Source of the DNA: Prevotella sp.
GTDB taxonomy: Bacteria; Bacteroidota; Bacteroidia; Bacteroidales; Bacteroidaceae
Assembly (NCBI GenBank): GCA_017445845.1
Contig: JAFSRY010000036.1
Span: 18,626 to 82,625, forward strand
Length of the DNA stretch: 64,000 bases
Direction: 5' to 3'
Shown in pieces: positions 50,265-60,061 of the stretch. Made by a program: the position numbers and the translations under genes. Positions within the stretch are counted from its first letter, which is position 1. Every line of letters begins with the position of its first letter. Below the pieces are notes generated by a model that had not been told where the DNA came from, made no database searches, and worked only from the letters and a program-made list of their open reading frames with translations.

Positions 50265-51653
50265 GTGAACGTAGATAGTATAATCAGAATGGTGCTTGCA
50301 CCGACGGCAGACACCACTAAAACAATGGTGGCGCACAAGCTGGGTCGATTGCTCATTGGGGCAATGGTCTTGGCTTTGCCGGTTCATGCCCTGACTGATG
50401 ATACGTTCGATACGACACCGCTTACGCAGGTGTCCGACACGCTCACCATAGAGGCCTTGAATAGTGAATCCGAAGCTGCAGAGCAGCAATCCGCCATGTC
50501 TGGTCAGCAACCTTCCGAAGGAGAACAGCCACAGGTGACCGCAGAACCGTCGAAAGCTGAAGAAGGTCAACAGTCAGAAGCTGCTTCCGTTTCACAGCCG
50601 GCATCCGAATCGTTGTCTGTCGCATCCCAACCGTCTGACCTTCCCCTTGAAGAAGGAGAAGACGAAGATTCTCACTTCCCCTATGGACCCGTCACTCTGG
50701 GTGTTCTGGCACTCCTCACGGGTGGCGGCTATATGTTGTGGCGTCGGACACAAGACGACAATGACGAAGAGGAAGAAGATACATCCGATCTTATCACTGC
50801 CAAGACGGGCCATCGCGATTATACACCCACTTCGAAGTTGAAGCCTTCCGCTCCAAAAACACCCGTAATCGTTGCCCCCGTGGCTCCCGTAGTGGTCGTA
50901 TCTGCTGAAGAAATTTCAGAGAAGCCCGCAGAGCCTACCGTAGAGCCCGAGACAGAGCCTGCCGGCCAGGCCACAAGCCCAACCTCAGAAAACGCCTCAG
51001 AACCACTGGAAAAGACTTCGGCCCCAGAAGCAGCGCCTGCACCAGAGCAGACAGAACAACCATCCGAGCCTTCAGCAGAAGCGCCAGCTCCTGCAACGAA
51101 ACCGATTTCGTTTGCCCACGATGCCTATCATGCCGCTCATGAAGTTTCCAATTCCTCTGAAGCTGCTGCTTCTGTTGCTGCTGCCGCAGCTGCCATCGCT
51201 CCAAAACCGGTGTCCACTCCTGTTGTTCCGAAAGTTGAACAGCCCTCCGTACAGCATCCCATCTCCTTTGAACAGAATGTGGCACCTGCCGTGCCGTATG
51301 AGTTGAGGGAGGCTTATGATAAGATTACGTCCCTTGTACAGCGTAAGCAGTTGTTCCTCAATGCCGATTTCGATCGTGACCAGCTGATAAAGGTCTCCGG
51401 CTACGAGAAAAACCGCCTTTCCGCTATTATCAGCAAGTGTTCCGGCACCAATATTCCTGGGTATATCAACCGGATGCGTGTGGAGTATGCAGCCCAGATG
51501 CTCAAAGACAATCCTGACAGCACGGTTCAGTCTGTTGCTGATGCCAGTGGTTTTGTCAGCCAGACAACCTTCATTCGTGCCTTTAAGAATGTCTTCGGCA
51601 TGACTCCGTCAGATTTTAAACTCGCCCTTGCCGCTGATTCGGATAAGGCGTAA
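50265..51653 (+). CDS. Membrane-anchored AraC-family regulator with low-complexity linkers
   Basis: TM segment and a C-terminal AraC domain paralogous to the upstream gene. Start uncertain. Confidence 0.8.
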   Translation: MNVDSIIRMVLAPTADTTKTMVAHKLGRLLIGAMVLALPVHALTDDTFDTTPLTQVSDTLTIEALNSESEAAEQQSAMSGQQPSEGEQPQVTAEPSKAEEGQQSEAASVSQPASESLSVASQPSDLPLEEGEDEDSHFPYGPVTLGVLALLTGGGYMLWRRTQDDNDEEEEDTSDLITAKTGHRDYTPTSKLKPSAPKTPVIVAPVAPVVVVSAEEISEKPAEPTVEPETEPAGQATSPTSENASEPLEKTSAPEAAPAPEQTEQPSEPSAEAPAPATKPISFAHDAYHAAHEVSNSSEAAASVAAAAAAIAPKPVSTPVVPKVEQPSVQHPISFEQNVAPAVPYELREAYDKITSLVQRKQLFLNADFDRDQLIKVSGYEKNRLSAIISKCSGTNIPGYINRMRVEYAAQMLKDNPDSTVQSVADASGFVSQTTFIRAFKNVFGMTPSDFKLALAADSDKA

Positions 51654-51718
51654 CATCCTTATTTTTCTCTCATTTCTTAGTCTTCTCTGGCGCATTTCAT
51701 AGTGTCCGTATTCGTATC

Positions 51719-51817
51719 TGTGCTTGGAAAGCCTATTAACAGTGCTTGTAAAGCCTATTAACAGTGCTTGGAAAGCCTATTAACAGTGCTTGATCATCCT
51801 ATTATCTGTGCTTGGAA
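51719..51817. repeat. 22-bp tandem repeat x~4
   Basis: Unit tgcttggaaagcctattaacag. Confidence 0.88.
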
Positions 51818-52208
51818 TCCGTTCTTTCACAGCCTGCTCATCGGAGCGACCCATTGATCTGTGTCAATATTCTTTTTACGTCCGTATAGGCATTATATAA
51901 CTGCTTTAATCGTCTGATTTTCATTACCTTCCTCCCTCTCGGCATCTTGCGGGTTTAACAATTCCTTGGCAAAGGCCCATTCTTCGGTATTTTTGTAGGA
52001 AAATGCAGACTGTTTTCGCAAACAATTACGATTTTATTTTTTCAAAATGTCCGTTATGGACAAATCGAAAAGGCAAATAGGAAGAATTGCAAAACCTGTC
52101 GGACAAATTTTAAAAAATATGAGCTATTTTATTATTTTTATATATAGTAAATGTTGTAATTTTGCATCTGTGTTTGAAAAGTTTTCGACATATAGGATCT
52201 TCAACAGG

Positions 52209-53900
52209 TTGTCTGCAACAACACAGAACGGAAAACGACTTCTTCCTGTTCTCAGACTTTCCCTGCTTTCTCTTGCACTGACGGTCGCTTCGATGACTAT
52301 TTCAGCGCGGATTGTTGTCGACCATGAATTAGTCGACGATGTTGTCGCAGTCGTTTTGGTTGATGAAAAGCAGAATCTTACTGTCATTCCCGATGACTAC
52401 GATTTGTCAGGTATCGGATTTGAAAAGGGCGATTATACCGATTTTCCTTACATCCGGATTCTGAAGGAGGGAGAGACCCCGAGCCTTTCAGACGAGGAGT
52501 TCTATGATATCGCCGGCAAGATGGTGTTTCCGGTGAACAAGTGGCATCTGCCGGCCAATGACCGTTTAGTCAAGCAGCTTCGCGAAGAGTTGTTTCCCTT
52601 GATTTGCAACGATAGTCTGCAACTCGTCGGTATGATGATTCGGGGCGCTGCTTCACCTGAGGGTCCGCTGCGCTTTAATAAGTTCCTTGGTGAACAGCGT
52701 GCCAAGACCTTGGTAGACTATCTTGGAGCAAACTGTATCAGCAAGACTCCCGACACCGAGTTCTTCCAACAGATTGATGTTGAAGACTACGGGACGCTCT
52801 GTATCATGATGAAGCGTGCCGGTGACAAGGACTATGAAATTGTCCAGTCGCTGTATGACAAATACATGCCGAACGGACAAATTGAAGATATGAAGCGCGC
52901 CCTTCAGAAGGAACAGGGCGGTCAGCTTTGGCGCCGTCTCTACCGCACTTACTTCCCGCAGCTCCGTTCGGCCCGTGTCGTCATTTTCCTGCGGGATCCT
53001 TATGGCAAGGTTCAGGAGACAAAACCCTATGAACCGCTGAAACCCATTGGCGGCGGTGATGCCAGCCAGTTCAATGAAATCACTGATTCTACAGCCGTCG
53101 ATACGCTGCGTCATCTTGAGGTCTCACAAATAGTAATCCGCGAGCCGCGCCGCGAGCTGCTCGCCGTGAAGAGCAACCTCCTCTTCGACGTGGCATACGT
53201 GCCGGGCTACGACCGCTGGTGCCCCATCCCGAACATCGCAGTGGAATACTATCCCATGCATGGCCACCTGACCTACGGCGCCTCCTTCGACTGCCCGTGG
53301 TGGCAGCACTACTGGGACCATAAGTTCTTCCAGATACGCAACTATCAGGTCGAGACACGCTACTACCTCCGCTCCGGCGACATCAACCGCACACCGCCCG
53401 GTGCCGGCGCCGCCTTTCGCGGACTCTACCTGCAGGCCTACGGCCATGTGGCCCTCTACGGCATCTGCTTCGACGAGAACCGCGGCTGGGAGGGCGAGGG
53501 TGCCGGCGCCGGCCTCGGCCTCGGCTACGTGATGCCACTGAGTCGCAACGGCCACTGGAGGCTGGAGTTCGGACTGCAGGCCGGCTTCTTCCTGACGAAG
53601 TACGACCCCTACCAGTACGAGAACCCCGTCAACCCGAACTACCGCGACCACCTGTACTACTACAAATGGACCGGCAAGCCCGACCTGTTCCGACGCCGCC
53701 AGTACCGCTTCACATGGTTCGGTCCCACCCGCATCGGCGTGACGCTGAGCTACGACCTGCTCTACCGCCGACAGGCAAAGCGGGGCAGCAGCTTCAAGGC
53801 CTATGAGCCGTATCATGCCGTGCCGGTACCCGTCAACCGTAACCCGCAGCAGTCCGTCATGACGTATAAGGCCGCACAGAGAGAGGAGGTGAGCGAATGA
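52209..53900 (+). CDS. DUF3575/OmpA-like outer-membrane protein of the fimbrial locus
   Basis: GAASPEG...N..L...RA and LAVKSNLLFD...PNIAVEYY. Start placed at TTG downstream of the promoter at 52157. Confidence 0.78.
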   Translation: MSATTQNGKRLLPVLRLSLLSLALTVASMTISARIVVDHELVDDVVAVVLVDEKQNLTVIPDDYDLSGIGFEKGDYTDFPYIRILKEGETPSLSDEEFYDIAGKMVFPVNKWHLPANDRLVKQLREELFPLICNDSLQLVGMMIRGAASPEGPLRFNKFLGEQRAKTLVDYLGANCISKTPDTEFFQQIDVEDYGTLCIMMKRAGDKDYEIVQSLYDKYMPNGQIEDMKRALQKEQGGQLWRRLYRTYFPQLRSARVVIFLRDPYGKVQETKPYEPLKPIGGGDASQFNEITDSTAVDTLRHLEVSQIVIREPRRELLAVKSNLLFDVAYVPGYDRWCPIPNIAVEYYPMHGHLTYGASFDCPWWQHYWDHKFFQIRNYQVETRYYLRSGDINRTPPGAGAAFRGLYLQAYGHVALYGICFDENRGWEGEGAGAGLGLGYVMPLSRNGHWRLEFGLQAGFFLTKYDPYQYENPVNPNYRDHLYYYKWTGKPDLFRRRQYRFTWFGPTRIGVTLSYDLLYRRQAKRGSSFKAYEPYHAVPVPVNRNPQQSVMTYKAAQREEVSE

Positions 53901-55054
53901 GACACGGCATGCTTTTCACCATCATGGCCACGCTACTGCTCTTCACCGCCGTGGCCTGTGAGCGCGAACCCCTGCTCCACCTCTACGACGAGGGGAACGT
54001 AGACCTTGAACTGCCGGTCGTCGACCTCGACCTGCAGGTGTACTGGGACTACGAGATGAGCTACGGCATCCACTACGACTGGCGCGCCGAGTGGTTCTAC
54101 GGCTGGGATGAAGAAGACAAGCGCATCTTCGGCGAGATGGGATACACTGCACCCAACGTGTTCAACCTGCGGCGCTACTACACCGGCGAACATCCGAACG
54201 CCCGCCACACCAGCGTGCTCCCCGCCACCGTCTACGGTACACACTTCAGGGGCAGCTACGACTGGGGCTACTGGGACATCCTCTGCTGGAACCAGGTGGT
54301 AACCATCGACGGCGTTCAGAGCCTTATCTTCGACGAAGAGACATCGCTCGACAGCGTCACCGCACGCACCAACCCCGGTATGCAGACAGCACGCTACCAG
54401 GCACCGAAGTACACACGTGCCTTCTACGAGCCTGAGCCCCTCTTCGCCGCCTACGACCCCGCCATCGAAATCAACCGCAACCTCGACGGCTTCACCTTCG
54501 ACAGCGAACGGAACGTATGGGTACGGAAACTCGACATGCTCCTCATGCCCGTCACCTACATCTACCTCACGCAGGTCATCCTCCATCATAACCGCGGACG
54601 CGTCGTCGCCGTCGACGGCACCTCCAACTTCTCGGGCATGGCACGCTCCACAACGCTCAACACCGGGGTGGCAGGCACCGATGCCATCACCGTAAACTAT
54701 TACAGCCGCCTGAAGAACGGATGTATGAAACACGATGAGGTCGTCGACATCGTCGGCGGACGTCTCCTCACCTTCGGCATCTGCGGCATCAATGCCAACC
54801 GCATCGACCGTGCCGAACAGGTGCACGACCCTAACAGTCACTATATGGACCTCGTCATGCAGTTCAACAACGGTATGGACTCCACCTTCGTCTTCGACAT
54901 CACCAGTCAGGTGCGGCAGCGCTATAAAGGTGGCGTCATCACCGTGGAACTCGACATGGACACGGTGCCGATCCCTCAGCGCAGGGGGGGCTCAGGCTTC
55001 GATACGGTCGTCAAAGACTTCGAGGACGGAGGCACCCATGAATTCGAAATGTAA
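53897..55054 (+). CDS. DUF5119-like (Mfa2/FimB-like) lipoprotein
   Basis: Lipobox VAC, C-terminal GGSGFD..V.DF; follows the DUF3575 gene. Confidence 0.72.
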   Translation: MRHGMLFTIMATLLLFTAVACEREPLLHLYDEGNVDLELPVVDLDLQVYWDYEMSYGIHYDWRAEWFYGWDEEDKRIFGEMGYTAPNVFNLRRYYTGEHPNARHTSVLPATVYGTHFRGSYDWGYWDILCWNQVVTIDGVQSLIFDEETSLDSVTARTNPGMQTARYQAPKYTRAFYEPEPLFAAYDPAIEINRNLDGFTFDSERNVWVRKLDMLLMPVTYIYLTQVILHHNRGRVVAVDGTSNFSGMARSTTLNTGVAGTDAITVNYYSRLKNGCMKHDEVVDIVGGRLLTFGICGINANRIDRAEQVHDPNSHYMDLVMQFNNGMDSTFVFDITSQVRQRYKGGVITVELDMDTVPIPQRRGGSGFDTVVKDFEDGGTHEFEM

Positions 55055-55196
55055 TCACAAATATATTCAACAACCCCTAACACCCACAAGCCTATGAGTA
55101 AAGAAAAGAAAAAAGAATGAATGTCAACAGAATGAGACAACAAACAGTGTGAGACAACAAATTTTTAACAACATTTTTTAATTTAATTCAACAACT

Positions 55197-57074
55197 ATGA
55201 AAAAGAAAATTTTATTCGCAGCCCTCACCGCCATCATGGCCGTCGGCTGCACCAGCGACGAGTTCGTTGGAGACAACAGCCCCAATCCGGTCGAAGCTGC
55301 AGACGGCGCTATTTTCTTCGGGTTCAACTTGAAGAACGCGACTCGTGCAGACCTTTATGGCTCATCAGCAGCTGCAAAATTAGGCAATAAGTTTGTCGTT
55401 TATGGCACGAAGCATGCATCGGCAGAGGATAAGTCGGCCTCCAATGATGCTGTAGTGTTCAACAACTTCCAGGTAAAATGGACTGCTTCTACAGCTGGAA
55501 CCACAGCTTCCAATACAAGTGATTGGGAATATGTAGGTTTACAGGCTTATGATGCTACGCCAACCAGTCAGGCTATCAAATATTGGGACCACAGCGCAAG
55601 TGCAGGCCATACGTTCTATGCATTCTCAAGTACTGACATTTCTTATCCCAAAGCAACAGCTGATAAAGTCCAGGTTACTAAGGTGACAGCAGATGAGACA
55701 TCCTTGTATAACAAAGGTTATAGTGTGACTGTAAAGCCAGCAGCGACGTTGAACAACCTATTCTTCGCTGACCGCGTTGAGGTTCCCGAGGCCAATTATG
55801 GTAAGACTGTGAGCCTTACATTCCGTAACCTCGGTGCCAAGGTACGTTTTGGTTTCTATGAAACAATCCCTGGCTACTCTGTCAAAATTGATAGATTCTA
55901 TATTGACAATGCCAACTCAGCTGCGGTTACAAACTTTGCTGTTATGAACGATGCTGTGACCGATGGCTTCTATGCATCTATCCAGAATGTAAAAAAGTCT
56001 GTTGATCAAACCATCAATGTTACCTATTACGATGCTGGTTCAGTTATCAACCGTCCGAAGGTTAGCAATCCTACGGGAGGTTATGACTATAACATTAAGA
56101 TAGGTACTGGTACTGGATTGCTGAATACGACATTGGCAACATCGTCTTCATCTCCCACATGGGCAGTAGCTGGTGGCGACTACACTCCTGTTTTCCCCTT
56201 CGAGGGCAACACCAATCCTCTTCTTGTAAAGCTTGACTTTACACTGACCTCTGATGATGGCAATGGTGACGAAATCCATGTTCGTGGCGCTCGTGCTATT
56301 GTTCCTGCAACTTATGTACAATGGAAAGGTAACTTCGCATATACCTATATTTTCAAGATTTCGGACAAGACAAATGGTACCACAGGTGAGGTGGATAGCA
56401 ATGGTGACCCCACAGATCCTGAAGGCTTGATGCCCATCACATTTGATGCTGTTGTGGTGGATGTGACAGAGGAATTGCAGGAGACCATTACCACTGTTGC
56501 GTCAAATAGCATTACTACTTATGCTGAGGGTGCAGTCGTGAATGAATACAAAAAAGCTAAGCCTATCTACATCGCTGTTACAAACAATTCCGCAACTCCT
56601 TCCACTGTGATTACACCTTCTGGCATTGGTACTGCTGCAGGTAATGCTCAGGTTTACAAGTTGTCTGCAGCCACAACTGAAGCTTCAGTTTTGGCTAAAT
56701 TGAATGGCGCTCCTCAGCCCTTCACAATGACAGCTACAACAGGTGGTGAAAAAGCAGAAATAGAGACAACAGTTCCTTTGGTTGATGGCACAAAACCAGA
56801 AATAGCTAATGTTAAATTTACTCCGGCTGATGCTGGCTATTATGCTTACGTTTATACAACAACAGCATATGTGGCTCCTACTTATAGTTCAGAGAGTACT
56901 GGCACTTATGACAGCGGTAAGACATATTACATGAAGAATGCATCAGAGACTTACTATGTAGTTTCAGTGCCTAATGCAGCTGCCTTCAACGACAATAAGG
57001 CAAAGCTTTATACTCGTGCTACGACAGGTACAGTGGGCGTTTATGATGTCAAGGTCATCAAGGTCGTTGAATAA
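55197..57074 (+). CDS. Fimbrillin-family lipoprotein (type V pilin)
   Basis: Lipobox VGC, ATRA processing motif, IKYWD, W...Y.Y.FKI, PITFDA. Confidence 0.8.
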   Translation: MKKKILFAALTAIMAVGCTSDEFVGDNSPNPVEAADGAIFFGFNLKNATRADLYGSSAAAKLGNKFVVYGTKHASAEDKSASNDAVVFNNFQVKWTASTAGTTASNTSDWEYVGLQAYDATPTSQAIKYWDHSASAGHTFYAFSSTDISYPKATADKVQVTKVTADETSLYNKGYSVTVKPAATLNNLFFADRVEVPEANYGKTVSLTFRNLGAKVRFGFYETIPGYSVKIDRFYIDNANSAAVTNFAVMNDAVTDGFYASIQNVKKSVDQTINVTYYDAGSVINRPKVSNPTGGYDYNIKIGTGTGLLNTTLATSSSSPTWAVAGGDYTPVFPFEGNTNPLLVKLDFTLTSDDGNGDEIHVRGARAIVPATYVQWKGNFAYTYIFKISDKTNGTTGEVDSNGDPTDPEGLMPITFDAVVVDVTEELQETITTVASNSITTYAEGAVVNEYKKAKPIYIAVTNNSATPSTVITPSGIGTAAGNAQVYKLSAATTEASVLAKLNGAPQPFTMTATTGGEKAEIETTVPLVDGTKPEIANVKFTPADAGYYAYVYTTTAYVAPTYSSESTGTYDSGKTYYMKNASETYYVVSVPNAAAFNDNKAKLYTRATTGTVGVYDVKVIKVVE

Positions 57075-57083
57075 TCCTCTCTC

Positions 57084-57118
57084 AGCTATGTGGGGTTCGA
57101 CTCCCCACATAGCTACCA
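57084..57118 (+). other. tRNA-minihelix-like hairpin, copy 1
   Basis: agctatgtgggg-TTCGACT-ccccacatagct-ACCA. Confidence 0.65.
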
Positions 57119-57227
57119 ATTAAAATAATAAGCGCGCATGCGAGGCCGGAGCCGAGCGGCGCAAAGGAAAAGAAAAGGCCAAAAGAAGTAAACAACAATT
57201 ATTATTAACGCGTTAATTTTAGAGACT

Positions 57228-59180
57228 ATGAAAATGAATGTTTTACCCCCCCCAGCCATGCGTAACATCACATTGTTCATGCTGGCTCTCGCAGCCCTCA
57301 CGGCCTGCACCAGCGACACCTTCGTCGGCTCCGAGGAAGAGGAACGCCTCGCCAAAGGAGAAACGCCCATCAGCTTCGGCTTCGATGTGCCGGCAGCAAC
57401 GCGTGCCAGTGGGGCAGAAGCAGCCACCGCACTGGGTAACCAGTTCATCGTGTATGGTGAAAAGAGTGAGGATGGAGCGACCGCTCCAGCAGCTGGCAAC
57501 TATGTGTTCCCCAACTATCAGGTGAACTATGCTGCCAACACCGCCTACACTACCACCTCCAACACCAAGAACTGGGAGTATGTAGGTTACACACACTCAT
57601 CTGAGTATCAGACAAACATCAAGACGAAAGACGGATCTTCTGCAGCCGTTGGTGCCAGTAATGCTGCCCAGACCATCAAGTATTGGGACTACAGTGCAAC
57701 GAACTATGTGTTTACTGCCGTGTCTGCACAACAGTCAGATATCTCAGCCGGCAATGTCACCATCCAGAAAAACACCTCTGGCTCGACAGTCTTTGACAAG
57801 GGTTATACCGTGACATTGAGTGACATTGCCGACCCCACCAAACTGTATTTCTCCGACCGTCAGGTGATTTCTTCGGGCTCAGGTACCGACCGCACTGCTC
57901 CAAATGCCTACGGCGGTAATGTAACGCTTACATTCCGTAATGCGGCATCTCAGATTCGTGTGGGCATGTATGAGACCATCGATGGCTACGAAGTGAAAAT
58001 CAAGAAGTTCTATTATCAGAAAGAAGCTAACCCCGCGTTCGCCACAATGAGCACACCGGTGACGACCAATTTTACGGCTAATGTCCCCAACCTGTCAACA
58101 GCGAATGCCGCCACGCTCACGGTCACATACTATGCTGATGGTACTCGTGTAAACCAACCCAAGATAGCGGTTACTGGTACAGCCGCTAACTACATCACCC
58201 TGGCAGGTTCCGGTCTGGCCGCGGATGTCACCTTGGCTACAGCTGCAAATTCGCCTACCTATGACAACTCAGGCAGTTTCACCACGGTGTTTCCCCAGGA
58301 GTCCAATGACAAGAATCTCATGCTGAAATTGGACTATCAGCTCTATAACTCAAAAACAGGTGAGACGATTAACGTCACAGGTGCTACCGCAGAGATTCCC
58401 GCTGCATACCTCCAGTGGAAGCCCAACTACAAGTACACCTATCTCTTCAAGATTTCTCGGAACACCAACGGTTCAACTGGTCAAGGGGTTGTTGGTCTCT
58501 ATCCCATCACCTTCGACGCCGTCTCTATCGAGGCAGAGAATGGCGAGGCAGAGTACATCACCACTGTCAGCGAGCCCAGCATCACAACGTTTGGCGTGAA
58601 GGCCGGTAAGTACCAGGTTGACAAGGATGAGTACGAGGCAGGCAGCGACATCTATGCCACGATTAAGGATGGCAGCAGCGTGGTTGACTTCACCCTCGGC
58701 ACCAATGTCAATGTCTATCTCGCTACCACCACCGATGCCACCAACTTCCCCATCACCGAGGCTTCTGTGGCCGAGTCGCTGGCTGAAATCTCCACCGGTA
58801 CGAAGAAGATTACCACCACGCTCAAGAACACCGACGGAACCACCAGCTTCACCGCAGCCCCCGCTAAGGTAACTACCGTGCCCACAGAGGACGGCTTGAC
58901 AACAACCATCAATGCCCTGAAACTGACGGGAGCTAAAGCCACAACGGCAACAACGGCATACGTCATCGAGTACATCAAGACGGCGGCAACGTATAACACA
59001 ACGGGTGACACCTATGTAGATCAGACAGCATTCGATGCCGCTGGCACCCTGTATTCTGACGCTGACGGAACGACCGTTGCTACTTATGCAGATAGTTCCA
59101 CCCCCTACTACAAGCGCGTCAGCTTGAAGACCATGGGTACGTATGCCTACAAGGTCATCCGCGTCGCAGCTGCACCTTAA
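57228..59180 (+). CDS. Fimbrillin-family lipoprotein, paralog of the upstream gene
   Basis: Lipobox LTAC, ATRA, QTIKYWD, LYPITFDA. Confidence 0.8.
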   Translation: MKMNVLPPPAMRNITLFMLALAALTACTSDTFVGSEEEERLAKGETPISFGFDVPAATRASGAEAATALGNQFIVYGEKSEDGATAPAAGNYVFPNYQVNYAANTAYTTTSNTKNWEYVGYTHSSEYQTNIKTKDGSSAAVGASNAAQTIKYWDYSATNYVFTAVSAQQSDISAGNVTIQKNTSGSTVFDKGYTVTLSDIADPTKLYFSDRQVISSGSGTDRTAPNAYGGNVTLTFRNAASQIRVGMYETIDGYEVKIKKFYYQKEANPAFATMSTPVTTNFTANVPNLSTANAATLTVTYYADGTRVNQPKIAVTGTAANYITLAGSGLAADVTLATAANSPTYDNSGSFTTVFPQESNDKNLMLKLDYQLYNSKTGETINVTGATAEIPAAYLQWKPNYKYTYLFKISRNTNGSTGQGVVGLYPITFDAVSIEAENGEAEYITTVSEPSITTFGVKAGKYQVDKDEYEAGSDIYATIKDGSSVVDFTLGTNVNVYLATTTDATNFPITEASVAESLAEISTGTKKITTTLKNTDGTTSFTAAPAKVTTVPTEDGLTTTINALKLTGAKATTATTAYVIEYIKTAATYNTTGDTYVDQTAFDAAGTLYSDADGTTVATYADSSTPYYKRVSLKTMGTYAYKVIRVAAAP

Positions 59181-59192
59181 CCCATCTCTCTC

Positions 59193-59226
59193 AGCTATGC
59201 GGGGTTCGACTCCCCGCATAGCTACT
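59193..59226 (+). other. tRNA-minihelix-like hairpin, copy 2
   Basis: agctatgcgggg-TTCGACT-ccccgcatagct-ACT; one compensatory base-pair change versus copy 1. Confidence 0.65.
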
Positions 59227-59293
59227 CAGAATAAAATGACAACTCGCGCTCACCTGAGGCCGGAGCCTCAGCGCGCAACAAGATAACAGAGCA

Positions 59294-60061
59294 ATGAACA
59301 AGACATGGCAAGGTCAAGGAGACAGTAACTGGCAAGATAGGTCCCATGAGTCCCATGAGCCCTATGAGTCCCATGAGTCCCATGAGCGCCGCCCGCTGGC
59401 GGCGCCGCAGCCCTTTCTCCCCAAGAAGGGAAACTACCGCGACCTGCTCGTCTATCAGAAGGCAGAATGCATCTACGACATCACCTTCTACTTCGCGCAT
59501 CACTATTTTGCTGAACGCAAGGATCGCACGATAGACCAGGTGATACAGGCTGCCCGTAGCGGCAAACAGAATATTGCCGAGGGGAGTGCCGCCAGCAGCA
59601 CATCCTCGGAGACAGAGCTGAAGCTCATGGGCGTGGCACGTGCCAGCATGCAGGAGGTTCTCGTGGACTATCAGGACTACCTTCGCACACGGGGCCTCAG
59701 TGAGTGGGGGCTCAACGACCCGCGGACCCGTCAGACACAGGACTACTGCAAACGACATTCTCGTCCCGAGGACTACACGAAGGACATCGAGCAGAGGTCG
59801 GCGGAGGCCATCTGCAATATCGCCATCACGCTCATACACCAGTTCGACCACATGATGGGCAAACTCATGAACCGCCTGCAGAGAGACTTCGTGGAGCAGG
59901 GCGGCATCCGCGAGCGCATGACCGCCGCCCGCCTCGGCTATCGCAGCAGTCAGAAGGCGGAAATAGAGCGTCTCACAGCCGAAAACCAGCAGCTACAGGC
60001 CACCATCGCCCGGCTGCAAGCCCGCATACAGCAATTAGAATCAATACTTAGCCAACAATGA
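59294..60061 (+). CDS. Four-helix-bundle (23S-IVP/Avd-like) protein with suffix domain
   Basis: YRDLLVYQKA, DQVIQAARSGKQNIAEGS, VARAS..E...DY.DYLR, F...GGIRERM. Confidence 0.88.
   Translation: MNKTWQGQGDSNWQDRSHESHEPYESHESHERRPLAAPQPFLPKKGNYRDLLVYQKAECIYDITFYFAHHYFAERKDRTIDQVIQAARSGKQNIAEGSAASSTSSETELKLMGVARASMQEVLVDYQDYLRTRGLSEWGLNDPRTRQTQDYCKRHSRPEDYTKDIEQRSAEAICNIAITLIHQFDHMMGKLMNRLQRDFVEQGGIRERMTAARLGYRSSQKAEIERLTAENQQLQATIARLQARIQQLESILSQQ

Noticed and set aside
57084-57118. tRNA gene or tRNA-derived att site
   Set aside because: No D or anticodon arm; the 5' strand joins the T-stem directly, and there is no integrase nearby.
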